The notes beneath the pieces are model-generated. The model was not told the DNA's origin. It saw only the letters and a program-made list of their open reading frames with translations, and ran no database searches. DNA of 64,000 nucleotides from Camelus ferus (lineage: Eukaryota): positions 2,296,001 to 2,360,000 of the forward strand of contig NC_045696.1 of assembly GCF_009834535.1 (NCBI RefSeq), read 5' to 3'. Below are positions 1-14,682 of this stretch, piece by piece; the stretch's first letter is position 1, and every line of letters starts with the position of its first letter. Made by a program: the position numbers and the translations under genes.

Positions 1-157
1 CAAGCCCACAGCCGGCACACCCAGGCCCCCCCGCCCCCCGGCCGTGCAGCCTCAGCCGGGGCCACACCTCCGAGGGGTGGCCCCCAGACTTCCAAAGGGC
101 CGCTTCTCACACCCACACGAAGCTCTGCGTGGACACCGACCGAGGCTGACGCCTTAC

Positions 158-212
158 CTGTGTGGTTTGAAAACTGGACAGAGTTCACCGCATCTACCTC
201 AAACCCCAAAAC
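158..212 (-). CDS. PDXK: Pyridoxal kinase, coding exon 2 (55 nt)
   Basis: Translates VLGFEVDAVNSVQFSNHT(G), in frame with exon 1; CAG acceptor at 213-215 and GTAAG donor at 153-157; gene continues off the left end. Confidence 0.96.
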
Positions 213-930
213 CTGCAAAATGGACAGAGAAGGACCAGGCTTAAGAGAGCAGGCCGGGCTGCCACTGACCCACAGAGGGTGCCCAACAATGGCCTGGGCA
301 GGCTGGAGGGTCCCCAGTCGGCCTCGGCCCCCACAATCCCTGTATCTAATAGGGAATGTGTTGGGGAGCAACCAGCCCAAAGGGCCCAGGTTGGGAGGCC
401 GAGGCCCACCTCCTGCAACTCAATGGCTCACTTCCAGAAATCCCCCCAAATGTGTCATCTGTTCGGACACCCAGAGGGCAGTGAGGCCGTCTCAGTTCTG
501 GCCCCGTCCAGTGAGAGGCAAGGCCAAGGGCGCCACCCACACCCCCCGGGAGCCCAGCCTGTTGCCCCTCCATCACCACGCGTCCACCGGGAGAAAGGCA
601 CCCAGCCCAGAGCCAAAGGCCCCCAGAACAATCACAGCGACAGACCCGTACGCCTTCAGGGAGGGACCACCCCACACCCCAGCCTCACGCCAGCCCCTCA
701 TCTGGGCCTCCAGCCTCTATGGAGGCGCCAGTTAAGGGAGGGGAGGGGGTGGCACTGGTGCCAAGGGAGCTCCCACCCAGCCCCAAGAAAGCTCATCCAC
801 AGCAGACGAAGCAAGTGACGGGGGAAAGCTAAAGCCAGCACTGAGATAGCAGCTAAGCTTATAAAAACTAGGAGCTCCCTTTTTAATAAAAGGGCAGAAA
901 GCTGGTGTCTACAATGGCCGGGGTGGGGCG

Positions 931-1030
931 GGGGAGGGTGTAGCTCAGTAGAAAGGTGCGTGCTGAGTGCGCACGAGGTCCTGGGCTCTATCCTCAGTAC
1001 CTCCATTAAAAACGTAAAAAATAAATAAAA
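931..1030 (+). mobile_element. tRNA-Ala-derived SINE (vic-1-like)
   Basis: TAGCTCAGT A-box, GAGGTCCTGGG B-box region, A-rich tail; homologous to the other copies in the window. Confidence 0.8.
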
Positions 1031-1113
1031 CAGAATGGCCTGAGGACCACACAGCCAAGGCTGACAACCGCGCACTCACGACACGGCGAGTCCCGGGGCG
1101 GTTCTTCCTTCTG

Positions 1114-1421
1114 CTTGTGTTCACTCTCCTGTTTTTCCACATTTAATAGGCGCTGGAAATCTCGAACTCCCCATCCATCCCTTCCCACCTGCTTCCCCCC
1201 CCCCCCCCGCCCCGTAACCATGCGTTTGTTTTCTACGGCTGTGAGTCTGTCTCTGTTTTGTAATAAGTTCATCGTGCAGCACGGGAAACTGTATTCAGTA
1301 CCTTGTAGTGACCAGCAATGGAAACTATGGAGGGTGTTGTGCGTGTACGTCTGACTAAAACATGGCGCTGCACACCAGAAACTGACACATAAGCTGACTA
1401 CACTTCAATTTAAAAAAAAAA
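1114..1421. mobile_element. 5'-inverted L1 3'-end fragment
   Basis: About 1114-1275 is L1 3'UTR on the minus strand; 1275-1421 is the next L1 3'UTR segment on the plus strand ending in poly(A); both match the L1 3'UTR at 53600-53920. Confidence 0.7.
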
Positions 1422-3173
1422 TGTATTGGTTCCCTCAGGGGAATCGAGGTACAGGACACTGCAGATCCTCCTGGGGGGGTCGGGGTGGGGGATGAACCAC
1501 ACTCCCTGTGAGGCCCCCCCGTGCCCCTCAGCCGTCAGAGGTGCTGGGCGTCAGGATCCAGGACCCCCCGGCCCGCCTCCCAGCCTTGGTGTCCTGCCCT
1601 GACCCTGCGTCCCCATCAGGCCCCACCAGCATCTTCCACCTGCCTCTTCCAGGCTGGTCCCCCACCCCCGGCATCACTGCAGGCAGCCCTGGGACAATGG
1701 CCCTGCTGTGTAGTCCCCTCCCCACCCCCCGAGGGTATCCGGTGCGTCCCTCTGCAGGGCTGGCCGTCCCAGCTGCCCAAGGAACACTGCCCAACAGGGC
1801 AGGAAGGCCTCTGGTGCAGGGCCGGGTGCTCAGGGGCACAGCCGTGAACCCCCACCCACCCCGAAGGAGCGATCTCACAAGCTGGAGTAGCAGAAAAGAC
1901 AGCGCACAGCACGGTTATCTGAGAATCTCAGTACCTGCGGACGGGACGCAGATGAGAGTGGGCCCTGCACCTGCAGAGCCTCCCAGAGACAAAAGGGCGA
2001 GAGAGAATGAGACAGAAACTGAGTGTGCAAGAGAGACAGAGAGTGTGTGTGAGTGAGTGAGAGGGAGGGGGAGGCTGGAGGCCCAGAGAGAGCCTGGCCC
2101 CGGGGCCCCATCCCCCCTCCACCACTTTGCTCTGGCCCTGTCCTTGCCTTGCTGGGCCCCAGTAACTTCCAAACCCTCTCCCCCTCTTCACCTGAACACC
2201 AACCAGCTTCAGGTCTCATCCAAAACAGGCAGAGCTCTCTGGCGACCAGGAGCGTGGCTGCTCTGGGCAGTAGGGGTAGTGGCTGGGGTGGGGGTTCTGG
2301 GTGCAGACATGGATGACACCCCAGCTCTTCATGGGGTGGGGGTTCCCCGGACATGCTCCCTCTGTGGGTTCCTTGAGTTACACACTTGAGATTTGTATTT
2401 AAGACGTCTTTCTAAACAAATTTAAGCCAGTATTACGAGGACTTCAAGCAGTGAAAGAAAAATCAAGTCTTCTCAAACAAGAAAGTTAAACTGGCACTCT
2501 GCAAACTCACTGGCCTGATTTCGCAGCCTCTGAGACACAGAGAGAGCTTGCAGTATCTCAGATCCGGAGAATTCCCTATCAACTCTGCAGAAACAGACCT
2601 GAAGCAGGGATGACACAAATCCTGAAAATCCTGCCGGAACGCCCTGCTCCACGGCCCCTGGAAGTGCAGACCATCAGCCCTTCGGAGCTGGCACGTCTGC
2701 TATTTTTGTGCTCTTCAATGACAGCGCTAAGCCCCTGGGCTTCAAACACCAGCAGCTTATTAATTCGTACCCCGTGCTGGTGTCGGGCACCTACCACACG
2801 GCACGTGCAGGGCTGAGGGGCCCAGCTCCAAGAGGGAGCCCTGGGACCCCAGGGACAGGGGGCTTCTGTTGTAAAAGCCCAGTCTTCAGCTCAAGTGCCC
2901 GTCCCCTTTCGTGCTTGTTTCTGGGATCTGGCCTGCAACCCTGGGCATCGCGCCCCAGCTCGGCTAGCAGCTCCCACCTGGGCACTGGGTGGGGAGAGCC
3001 GGGAGACGGGAGGGTCCTGCCCCGGCGGGTCACCTTTCCCTGGCAGCGCTCTGTACCCACAAAGGCGGGGCCCCCAGGAGCAGCTGAACCCTACTCTGCG
3101 GTCTTCCCGTCTCTTGCAGGCACAGTCCTACACATCACCCCTTTTCCCAGCTCTAAGTCCTAACGACCCCAAC

Positions 3174-3419
3174 TGTAAGCAGACAGGGCAGTGTGCCTCG
3201 AGAGAAAGAGCTAGGCGTGGCCTTCCTGACACAAGGGAAGCCATTTTTGGCCTAAGCCATTTGTGAGCTGAGCCTGGGCACAGTGCTCGTCCTGCGAACA
3301 GGTCTCAGTAATTCATGATCTCAAGGAGACTAAAGAATGCAGAAACAAGGACTGTCTCAGGCAAGAGAAGGAACAACAGCAGATAATACATCAGTTGTAA
3401 AGCGTCCCAGATCTGTTTC
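3174..3419 (+). mobile_element. Truncated ERV1-type LTR (5' part)
   Basis: Begins TGTAAGCAGACAGG and aligns with 17518-17765. Confidence 0.75.
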
Positions 3420-3519
3420 CCCTCGCTCACCCCTGCAAAACCCCACTGAGTGCAGGGGGAACCGCCAGGTGAGTCCGATCTACTTACACGAACCCTTTAG
3501 AAGCAGTGTTCTCTCTCCT

Positions 3520-4583
3520 CAAGGCAAAAGAGAAAAAAACCCAAAATAAACAAATGGGATCTAATCAAACTTAAAAGCCCTTGCACAGAAGAGGTAAGCA
3601 TCAACAAAACAGAAGGACAACCTAGGAACGGGATTAAATATTTGCAAACGATGCCAGGGCTTAATTTCCAAAATATGCAAACAGCTCATACACCTCAGTA
3701 TCAAAAGAGACAGACAACCCAATCAAAAAATGGGCAGAAGAGCTAAACAGACGTTTCTCCAGAGAAGACATACAGATGGCCAAGAGGCACTTGAAAAGAT
3801 GCTCAGTTCTGCTGGTTATCAGAGAAATGAAATCAAAACCACAATGAAGTATTACCTCACAGTGGTCAGAAGGACCATCGTTAAAAAGTCCACAAATGAT
3901 AAATGCTGGAGAGGGTATGGAGAGAAGGGAGCCCTCCTACACTCTTGGTGGGAATGTAAACTGGTGCAGCCACTATGGGGGACAGTATGGAGGTTCCTTA
4001 AAAAACTAAAAATAGATTCACCCCACTTCTGAGCACACATCCAGGGAAAACTATAATATGAACAGACACCTGCACCCCATGCTCACAGCAACACTGCTCA
4101 CAGCAGCCAAGACGTGGAGGCAACCTCAGTGTCCGCTGACAGGTGACGGGCTAAAGCTGTGGTAACATTTATACAGTGGAATACTATTCAGCCATAAAAA
4201 AGAATAAAATAATGCCATTTGCAGCAACGTGGATGGGCCTGGAGATTATCACACTGAGTGAAGTTAGACAGAAAAACAAATATTTTATGATACCACTTAC
4301 ACGTGGAATCTAAAAAATAATACAAGTGTATCTATTTACAAAACAAACAGACTCACAGACACAGAAAACAAACTTCTAAACAGGAACGGGTAGGGGAGAC
4401 ACACTAGGAGCATGAGCTTAACAGATACAAATTGTTACACGCGAAGCTGATCTCCTGTACAGTATCAACGCCTTGTAACAAGCCGTGACGGGAAAAGTCT
4501 AAAACCTCTCGATGTACACTCTGCTGTGCGCCTCAAACTAACACCGCACTGTACCCAACTGCACTTCAATTAAAAATTAAAAA
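3520..4583 (+). mobile_element. LINE-1 3' fragment (ORF2 C-terminus plus 3'UTR)
   Basis: Degenerate ORF2 peptide [38 protein letters not shown]-rich end. Confidence 0.92.
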
Positions 4584-7500
4584 AGCGGTGTTTTCTGGCC
4601 GGGGCCAGAAGAGGAAATCAGCGTTCCAGGTGTTCTGAGTGGGAGGAGGACCCTGCGCACTTCCGAACACGGAGGCCACGCGAGCAGCAGCGCAGCTGTG
4701 TGGCCGGCGTCCCACGCAGCGTTACCAGCTGTGAACCACAAAGCCACACAGACAGAAGTTACACTAAAAAGCAAGTAGGATCAATGTCCTAACCAGTTCA
4801 CTGCGCTTCTCCGCCGGCGAGGCCCGTCTGCGGGGCGGCTGCGCGGGGCCCCGGGCTCCCCGGCAGGACCCTAGGCAGAGCCACCGAGCCTCTCGTCCCG
4901 CGCAGGCCAGCAGTTCAGGGTCTGCAGGTGGAAGTGCTCACAGCCACGGAAACTGGCCCTACCGGTTTTTTCACCATTTACCAAAAACAAGACTCAATTT
5001 AAGGAAAAAAGAGGAAGACCTGACTAGTTCAGTGCAGGGAGGGGAGGAGAAAGGGAAGCGGGGGAGAGGTCTTGCGAGATGAGGGGGAACACCACCACCT
5101 CCAGCTTCCCCCGACAGATGCCCCTCCGGCTGGGTCCCCTCCTCCCGAGGGCCCCTCCCCCAGCCCAGTGTAGCCAGGAACAGGTGCTCCTGGTTCTTCC
5201 CAGGAGCCTCTGTGCCACCATTCTCCTCACTCCTGACCCCCAGATGCGCCTGAGGAACCCCGGCCTTCAAGGGCACGCCGCTGCCCGTGAGACAAAGCCG
5301 AGACCCCCAGGCTACACATGCCACCGTTCTGTGATTTCCACCCCTCCTGCAAAGCCGCCTGCCGGCTGCTCTCTGAACCCTCCAGGCCTCTGTGAGCCTC
5401 TCACCTTGAGCCAGAACATCGTCCCTTGGGCCCAAGCCCCAGTTTGAGACCTTGCCTTCTCAGCCTCCACCGGCAAACAGAGTCCCAATTCAGAAAGAAC
5501 TAGAGACCCAGCGAGGAGCCCCAGGACGAGCCAGTGCCCGCTGCCTCTGGGGACGAAGCCCGGCTCACAGTGACCACGTGCGCACAGCTGATGCTGGGGA
5601 CCCAGGGTCTCAGATCCGAGAGCGCCGTCGAGGAGCACAGCCAAAAACCGCCCTCAGGCGGGGTCCTGGCGTCCGCCTGCCATGAGAGGCCAGTGCAGAG
5701 GTGCGCCTGGGGTCCTGCCAGGACAGGCTGCTGCCTCAACCCCGGGTCCCTCCCAGGCCGGGGTGACGGCTTGGAAAGGGCTCCAGCTTCCACCCACCCC
5801 CAGGGCAGGGGAGAGCCCAGCAACCAGGGCACACGTGCACCCGGGAGAGCACGTTCAGACGCTCCAGAGGCGCGGTCACAAAGAGCAGCAAGAGCTGCAC
5901 AAGGACGAGTCCCCGCCCCCCCCCAGCCCCACGCAGACCCCGGGCCACCTCTGCCGGCAGAGCACCCTTGTCGAGGGCGGCCACACACGTCAGGGGATCC
6001 CTCAGCCTAGGGGTGACGCGCCCTCCCAGCCGCCACCGGCCCACCTGGCTGCAGCATCACTGTCCCCCTGCTGACGGCCAGGCAGACACAGGGACACATC
6101 GTTAGCTTAGCGGTCACCCTGCCTGGAAGTCAGAGTGCTCAGACCGCAGGTGGGGGAAGCTCTGGAATATTCCAGAGCAGCCCCCCACCCACCCAGACCA
6201 CCCTGGTTCCTCTAGGGGAGGGGTTCATGCTGAGGCTTGTTCTGTAAGACCTCCAGCCCCTCTCCTAGGAAGTCAGAACTGGGGAAGGGGGGACGTAAGA
6301 GCCACGTGACTGTGGTCGGCTTGGTCTGCCTCGGGGCCTGTGTCCCTTCCACCGCCTGCTACCGGTCAGCGCCACAATTCAGCCCAACCCACGACCAGCG
6401 GCCTCTCATCTCCAATGGGAACTTCGACTGGAAACAACCCTGTGTCCCCTGAAGCAGCCTCCCTAGCTCACCTTAAGTCCCAGGGCCACCTTCGCCCGCT
6501 GTGCACCCTTGTCTCAGTGTCACAGCCCTGGACCGCATCACCGTGACCCAGCCCGGCTTCCGGCAAAGGTGCGCCGGTGCTCACTGCGGGGACCAAGGCA
6601 CCTACCAGGCCCTGCCGGGGCCCCGCATGCCACTGGCTGGGCACTCTGGGTGCTGGGTGTGCTGCAAAACCCTAATAGAAGGGGTCTCACCCCAAGTTCG
6701 CGGTGGCACTGGAGCAGGGTGGGGGCCACTGCCCTCCTGGGCCCACGTCCTCAAGCCCCCTTCCTTTCTCCTCGAGAAACTCTATTTCTTCTTCTCAGTG
6801 TCACTCTTTCAGATCACTGAGTAATCTTATTTCAGAGCTCCGTGTGGGGGAGCAGCAGGGGACAACCATGCCCACGGCCACACGCGTCATGGAAGCCACC
6901 TGCTTGCAAACACACCAGCCCCTTCCAGGGAGGGCAGTGCTGCCCCAGGTCCCTGTGAACAGAAGACAGGACACCACACAGCACAAAGTAGTGCTGCACA
7001 ACACTCACCACACGTACACACCTTCATACCCACACCTGAGCACGCACACGCATGCACCACACACCCACATAGCACGTGACCCACAGACACGGAGAGGAAA
7101 AGATGACAAGGACCACTGGGCTCTGGCTCTTCTCCACGACGGGCAAAGAGGGGTAACAGAAACCTCAGTCCAGAATGAAGCAATTCTGGAACTTCTGGGA
7201 GAAACATAGAAGCAAGGGAGGAGAAAAAATGAAGCAACACTTAGGTTCCAGGATTGGGACACATCGTGGGCCAGATGGGGACTTCCAGAGGCCGAGGGAA
7301 GCCGCAGGGGGACAGGCAGACTCGCGTGGCCGCAGAGCACAGGAATATTCCAGAGGACACTCACAAGTGTCCCAGCCCCAGCGCATCCCCTCCAGGAAGT
7401 GAAGACGACGGCCAGCGGGGCAGGAGGGAGGCGCGCTTCCTGGCATCCGCTCCCACACACCATTTGTCAATGAGTGTGTCACCACGAGACAGCATGAACG

Positions 7501-8710
7501 CAGAACCTCTGTCTTATAAAGGGCAGATGACATTCTTCCAGCAGCTTCCAAATGCAGTTCTGCTGGAAAAGGTCCTTTTTGTCCTAGGAAAATATGTAAA
7601 GCTGTTCCAAAGGACTACGTGTTTTAAGCATTCATCAAGAGGCCTTCTGAGGCTCAGGGGGATCCTAAAGGTGAGAGGTTGGAAATAAACCCCTTGTGGC
7701 CTGAAGTGACCCCCTGGGGACCCAGTATTGAGTTTCCAGGAGACCCTGGGGTGAGTCACCCACATGTGCACATGTGCTACTGAACCCCAGGGTCTGCAGC
7801 CCGATGGCTTCTGCTCTGCTCCAGAGCGGGCAGGGGGCTGGGGGCGGTGGCAGGCGTCCACGGACCCTCAACCTCTGTTCAGCTCCGGTAGCCTCGTCAC
7901 TCGGCAGGCAGGGGTCCCAACCCAGGCTTCCAGACAAGGGGTCTCTCAGCACACCTCGCTGCCCGCCAGCCTGCCACTTCCTGCGGGGTGGCCAGGCCAC
8001 AGTCCGCTGGCCAAGAGGCCTGGCTTTGAGGCCCCTGCACAAAGAAACAGAATCTCCACCCGAACCCTCTTTCCCTCAAGATGCCTTGGGTCCACTTCTG
8101 CACCCAGGGGCCAAGAGATTCCAAGAATGAGGCTGGCTTCTGCAGGTCCTAAACTGAGCTGTCCCCAAAATCATCTTCCAGGGCCCCCTGGGTGGTCTCC
8201 CCTTCCCATCTCGGCAACATGGTATTTAAGTGGGTTTTAAGCTAAGGCCCCAAGTCAGATTCTCAAGGCCACTGGGATTCAGTACTTTACTGTCTCTCCC
8301 TGCACCATGGCCTTTCAGGGCAGCACCTGTCCTGCACCGTGAGCCTCCAGTGACCCCCCAGCACAGAGGTCACACGTGTTCGAGTCAGCAGTTCCAAACC
8401 CCAGACACAGGCTTGGAAGGAAGTGCCCGCACACAGTTGGCGTGGGCCAGCTGCCTGTCCCCGGACACCTCCAGGAGGGCTGGTCTGGCCAGCAGAGCAG
8501 CTGCTGGCACTGGAGGTGCTGGCTGCCCTCCCCAGAGAAGCACCCGGCGGCTGGGCTGGGAGTGAGACCAGGAGCTGCGGGTGAATGGGTCCTGACTCTC
8601 ATTTCCAAAAAGGGTGGCTTTTGGATTTTGTGCCATCAACTTCAGGCCTTACATTAATTCTCTAACTTGTGCCACTTTTAAATTTCTCTGAACAGGCTCC
8701 TTCTAACCCG

Positions 8711-9082
8711 CAGTGGACTGAATGTGGCCCCTAAAATACTTGCTGACTGGGGGAACTCATGCATACGACCGTGTGTGGAGAGAGGGCCTGGGTTATCTCC
8801 ATGGACCCTGCATCCGATAACACATGTCCTTATAAGAGACACACAGGGGAGAAGGACACGTGACACAGGAGGCAGAGATTGGAGGGAGGAGGCCACAAGC
8901 CAAGGGACGCCAGGAGCTGGAAGAGGCAGGACGGAGCCTCCCCTCCAGCCCCCGGAGGGACTGCAGCCCTGCCAGTGTCTTGACTTCAGACTTTCGGCCC
9001 CTAGAACTGTGGGAGGATAAATCTCTGCAGTTTTAAGCCCCAGTTTGTGGCACTTTGCTACGGCCACCCCAGGAAATTCATA
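8711..9082 (+). mobile_element. MaLR (MLT1-like) solo LTR
   Basis: Typical MLT1 motifs GCCACAAGCCAAGG, GACTTC...AGAACTGT...ATAAAT, TTTAAGCC...TTTGTGG. Confidence 0.8.
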
Positions 9083-10932
9083 GTAACCCTAAGCTCTGTG
9101 TGCCTGCTGTTTTTTCACCAAAATGGGAAGCAACAGGGCAGAGGCAGGTGCGGGGCGGCTGGAGGACCCCAGGACCTCCACGCTGGGTGGGTGGGGCCTA
9201 CGGAGGCCCGGCGGCCCCGGCAGGCTCTCTACACACACGGCAGGGGGGGGTGTGCTCAGCGGAGGTTTTCTCCTTCTGAGAGGACACAAGGCCCGCGGCG
9301 CCCGGTGTGGGAGGGGCTGCACTCGCTCTATCCACTCTCGTTCTTCCCCGCTGAACCAAGGCCAGAGCAGCGGGAGGTCCCCCACCCTGTGTGGGGTGGT
9401 GACCCCAGATGCGTTACGTGGCCCGACGCCCTTGACTTGGCAGCCCCTCTCCTCGGACGGGGCCACAAGGGCCTCGAGCGCCACGAGCCCGCCCTCCCTC
9501 TTGGCAAACACAGACCAACCTGCCTGACGTCTGCCTCCTGTGTCCCCGGTCACAGTAGCACAGTCCCCTTGGCCACTAAAATGGACTTTGGACCCGAGCC
9601 CAGAAACAAATCCAAAACCAGGGTCAAGGTTCTGGTCCTTTCTCTTTTGTATAATGTTATTCTCTGCCCATGGGCTGCCCACCTGAGACCACAACCAGTG
9701 TGCTGTGGGCACCTGGCGAGAAGCAATTTGGACTCGCTGGTGTCCAGCGGGGACAACTTTGTGTCCGGGCGTGCCCTGGGAGCCTGGCACCATCTGAATG
9801 CCAAGACAGCTGTTCTCACTGTGCCAGTGAGGCTTAGAAAGACTCGGGAGGGATGGCCAGTCCCTGAGCCGGGTCTCCAAGACCAGGGACACAGGCTCAG
9901 CCCCCACAGGCAGCCTCTCCATCCCGCCACAAGCACATCCTGTCTCTCCAAGTTCGTGGGGCCCAGCCAGAGCCCACCTTCTCCTGCCATTTCTAAGTTC
10001 TCTTCCCCTACTCACTCTGTGGATAACCATGCCTTTGGAGCCCCCAGCTGTATGCACTGACCAAACTGCAGAACATACTCCCCGCTGAGCACAGCTCCGG
10101 GTGTTAGGGGAGGGCCGGCACACTGGGGCTAAGGCTGTGTGAGCCCCACCCACCTCCTGCCTCCCTGCTCCCGCAGGGCCCACACGTGGGGTCAGGGAGC
10201 AAAGTGCCCGCACGGGACCCTGTGGCGCATCCTCAGGAGCGCGGCAGCCTGGGGCAAAGCCAGCATGCGCAGACTCCTGAGGAGTCTAGACTTTGGCCAA
10301 GGAAGCACCAGGTGGCTAAGTGGAGAAAGTGTCCCGTGAACTCAGCAGTCTCTGGAAACGGTTCCTGTTATGGGCTGAACCAGGGCTGAACCGCGTCCCC
10401 CAAGCTGGACCTCAAACAAGGACCGTGTCAGCGTGCTCAGGGGTCTGAAACAAAGTTTACTCTCTCACAGCTCTGGAGCCTGAACCCCCATCAGGTGGGC
10501 ATGGTCCGGTGGAGCACGTTTTGAGGACCACCATCTCCGACTTTCTCCCCCTCCTCTCTATCTGTCAAAGACTATGTCTTCTGTAATTAGGAGGAGGAGG
10601 TAATTAGGCCAAAGAACAGGGGTAAGGAGGTGAGGACCCAACCCTCATCCAGTCCTGATGGGGGTCCTGGCCTCCCCAAGATGTCCTAGGCACCAGGCAC
10701 GCGTGGCTGCCACCCGGCCCTACTACCTTCCTGTCTGGTCTTTCCGCCCAGTGAGGGGTCAAAAAAGCACCCCTGGGCACTGGGGCCACTGCACTCTGCA
10801 GCCAACACCTCTAAGGCACCTCGGAGAGGTACCCACACCCTCCACATTCCTTGGTCTGAACACGTGAGGCAGGAATGGTGCCCATTCTACAGATGAGGCA
10901 ACTGAGCAATGTGGAAGGTGGCCGCTTCAAGG

Positions 10933-11430
10933 TGAGGACCTAATGAACTACCCCTCCTCCTGGACAAGCCTCCAGGGGAGAAAGACAAAGAAAAACAAAG
11001 ATCCTGGCTCCCCTCCACAAGGTTAAGCAGAACCCACTTCAGTCACCCCCTGGGGAATTCAGGGTATTGAAAAAAAAAACAGGAGGCAGCTCTAGGCGCT
11101 TGAGGTAAACAGGCCTTGAAGAGTTAGATGCATACCTCAGACAGAATTTCAGTGACCTCAGATTCCTGCATCTTCCCATACACAGTGAAGTACTAAAACC
11201 ATTAACTTGAGGTAGTTGTCCTTTGCGATCAGCGGTAATCCCTTACCCAGATATATGCTTGACTGCGTGTACTCCCCAGCCAAAAAAGTCGTATGTGAAC
11301 TGGCTTCTCCCTGACCTCTTTGGATTAGTCCCCTCAGCGCCACTGTCTCCTGGGCTGCCATCCTCAGTAAGTCCCCAAATAAAACTTAAACTCACAACTC
11401 TCGCGTTGTGCATTTTTCTTTAAGTAGCCT
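10933..11430 (+). mobile_element. ERV1-type solo LTR in PDXK intron 1
   Basis: TG start; LTR-like 3' end AAGTCCCCAAATAAAACTTAAACTCACAACTCTC; subfamily not determined. Confidence 0.6.
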
Positions 11431-12458
11431 GGAGGAAGTGCAGGGATGGACTAAGTCAGAGGCAGAGGCCCTGGCCCCACCCCAGGGATGACAGGAGGGA
11501 GGAGGTGACACCCCCCATCTATGTCCCTCAAGCACACGGGTAAGGATGCTGGGCACTGGGGAGACCCCAAGTGAGAACTGAGATTCTGTCCCTAAGAGGT
11601 GTTCCCCAGGTGGGTGGTTCAGAGGACTCTCCTCCCCACCCCCAAGTAACTGGAAAAGGAAGTTGAGGGTTAAGTGCCTGGAAATTCAGGAATAAGGCCC
11701 AGCGTGGGCAGAGGAAGTCTGCCCAGTGGAAAGAGAAAGCAGAGAGTGGCTGCAGGTGGCCGGGGAGGAGGGAGAGGCCGGCACATTTCTGCCAAGGGCG
11801 ACTCCCAAGGCTCCCTCCAAGGCGGGGTGGGACTGAGACCACTATCTGGTGGGGAGCCGCAGCTGTCCTCAGCGCCCTACCTGGTCCCACCTCCCCTAGC
11901 CGCCCCTGCTTCAGGGACCTTGCACCTTACCCCAGTATAGTCCCACCCCAGTGGCCCTGCCCAAGCCATCAGTGGCCAACAGCTGGGGCCTCAGGACAAG
12001 CCCAGGTGCGCACCCTGAACGCCCCCTGGTCTGCCCCCTACTGGTCGGAACCACCAAAGACCAGGTGGCCAGAGCGAAGCGCCACTCACATCTCCACAGG
12101 TGCACACAGATCAGGGGCAGCTGTCAGGTCACTCTGGACTTGAACCTTTGTACCTCTCCACCTTCAGGTCTCTGCTCCACTATTTCCTCCTCGGGCGACG
12201 GGCCTGCCAGCCTCAGGCCAGCCCTCAAGCCTTACTGAGGCAGTTCTGACCACCCTACAGGCCATTGACTGGGTGGCCCTCTATGTCTTCAAGGGCCCAG
12301 CACAGGGACCTAGCACACACAGCACACCTGCTCCTGGATCCGGGATGGGGCCTAGGGACAGTGGGCGAAAGATGAGTGGTCCAGAAAGCCACCACCCTGC
12401 CTGGACGGCCAGCCTCCTGCTGAGCCCACAAGGCAAGGAAGGCCTGTTACCCCAACGC

Positions 12459-12497
12459 TGACACCCCCGCATGACACCCCCGCATGACACCCCGCCC
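12459..12497 (+). repeat. 13-bp tandem repeat (TGACACCCCCGCA) x about 3
   Basis: Seen directly. Confidence 0.8.
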
Positions 12498-12991
12498 CAC
12501 GCTGGCCTCCTCTTGCTCCTCCAAGGGCCGCTCAACCGTAACCGCGGGGCTGCAACAGGAAGCAGTGGGCGCCGGCTCCAGCCGCAGGGAGACGGTGTGA
12601 GCCCCTCCCCGAGGGCAGGCGGGGGAGGCCGGGGGGAGCCCGTGGGGACCCCGGTAAGGAAAGGCTTAACACGTAAAACGCTAAGCCCTGCACGGGCCTG
12701 AGCCGGCGTCTGGGGTTTTCTTCTCCCGAGCCTACGGCGGCAGGCGGGCCTCCGCCCCCGCCCCCTCCCTGCGGCCACCTCCCGGAATGGTCAGCCGCAG
12801 GCTGGAGCCCACTCCCCCCGCCCCAGGCCTCCCTGCCAGATTGCCGCTGCTCCTTCCTCCTCCTTTTCCTCCTCCCCCTCCTTCTCCCTCCCTCGGGGCA
12901 TCCTGACCCACAGGGACAGGGACTAAACCGGGAGCCCGCCAGGTGAGCAGCGCAAACACCTGCCTACCCAGCGCCCTCCTTCGCAGGGTCA

Positions 12992-13432
<441 letters not shown>

Positions 13433-14682
13433 TCAGCGTCTCCACCGCGCGCTGGGGCTCCGCTCCGGCGGCGCTCGGGATCCGCTCCGCTCCGGAGAGG
13501 TCCCGCTCGGCGCAGGCGCCCCTCTCGGACGACAGACCGCCTCCCTCTGACCTCAGCGCGGCTGGGAACCCGCGGGTCCCGCGCTGCGCGGGGGCGGGCC
13601 GGGGGCGGGGCCGGGCGGGGCATCGGCACAGGCTCCGCCCTCTCCGCCCCCACCCCGCCCCCGGGGGGATAGGGCAAGGGCAGATCTCAACCCCGCGCCA
13701 GGCGAACCAGTCGCGTCACTCTGCGCTCCTGGCACGTGGTGGCCACCCTCCATTCGCCGGGTTGCACTTTCGGTTTTACCCGGGAGGGCACTGCGGCGTC
13801 GGCATCCTGCATTCGATTCATTGAGATGTTCGTTCACTCCACGGAGGTCCGCCGCCCAGGCCTTGCGCCCCGCCTCTAACACTCCCCGGCGCTGCGGGAC
13901 CACGAGCGGGTCCAACAAGGATCCTCAAAGAGGAAACGTGGGGGCGCGGCGCCACGGGAGTGGGCGAGGGCAAGGGTGCCAGCGGAGGGGCAGCCGGTTT
14001 GGGAGTTGCCGAAACTGCCCTCCCCAGGGCCCAGCGGCGCCCAGTGCCCAGTCCCCACTCCAGGGCCTGCAGAGCTCGGAACCCAAGTGCAGTCCCCTGC
14101 CCCTGCGGCCACCGCGCGAACGGAGCTAGGACGCAGGAGCCCCGCGCCCGCCCCACAGGACGAAAGATCCATGCCTCACTTGCTCAGGGGGGCACCCCTG
14201 CCTAGGGTATGCGGGGCCACGAGGCCAGCGGGGACTCGACCTACCCCCGCAGAGGCCTGGGGAGTGGACACTTCCGCAGAGCCCGGAAACTCTTGGGGCC
14301 TCCAGGCGCCCAGTTCCCCAACCCCTACACTTGTCAGGCCTCAGGGTGTTCCAGGCCAGCCCGTGGCCGGGTGCCACCACCCCCCGCCCAGGGTCCTTGT
14401 TCAGAACCTGCGGCAAGGACAAACCCAATCGGGTGGCGCCCAGCCTTGCGGTCACCACCCTGCGCTTCACCTCCCACTCTCACCCCGCTGCCCACAGGAT
14501 TTCCTCCCTGCAGACATGGTGACTTCCGTCTCTCTGGTGGCCCAGGGGAGCTTGTTTAAATCTCTCTAGCCTGGTGAGAAGGCGGATACAGTGCCTGGGA
14601 CAGTGAGGAAGAGGACAGGGCCTACTGTCCAGATTTTAAAGAGGAAGTGCCGGGGTCAATAATAATCAACTGTTGGTTAGTA

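Noticed and set aside
9047..10213. Overlapping 337-aa (+) and 374-aa (-) ORFs in PDXK intron 1
   Set aside because: Non-ATG starts, Pro/Gly/Arg-rich composition and no recognisable domain; expected by chance in GC-rich DNA
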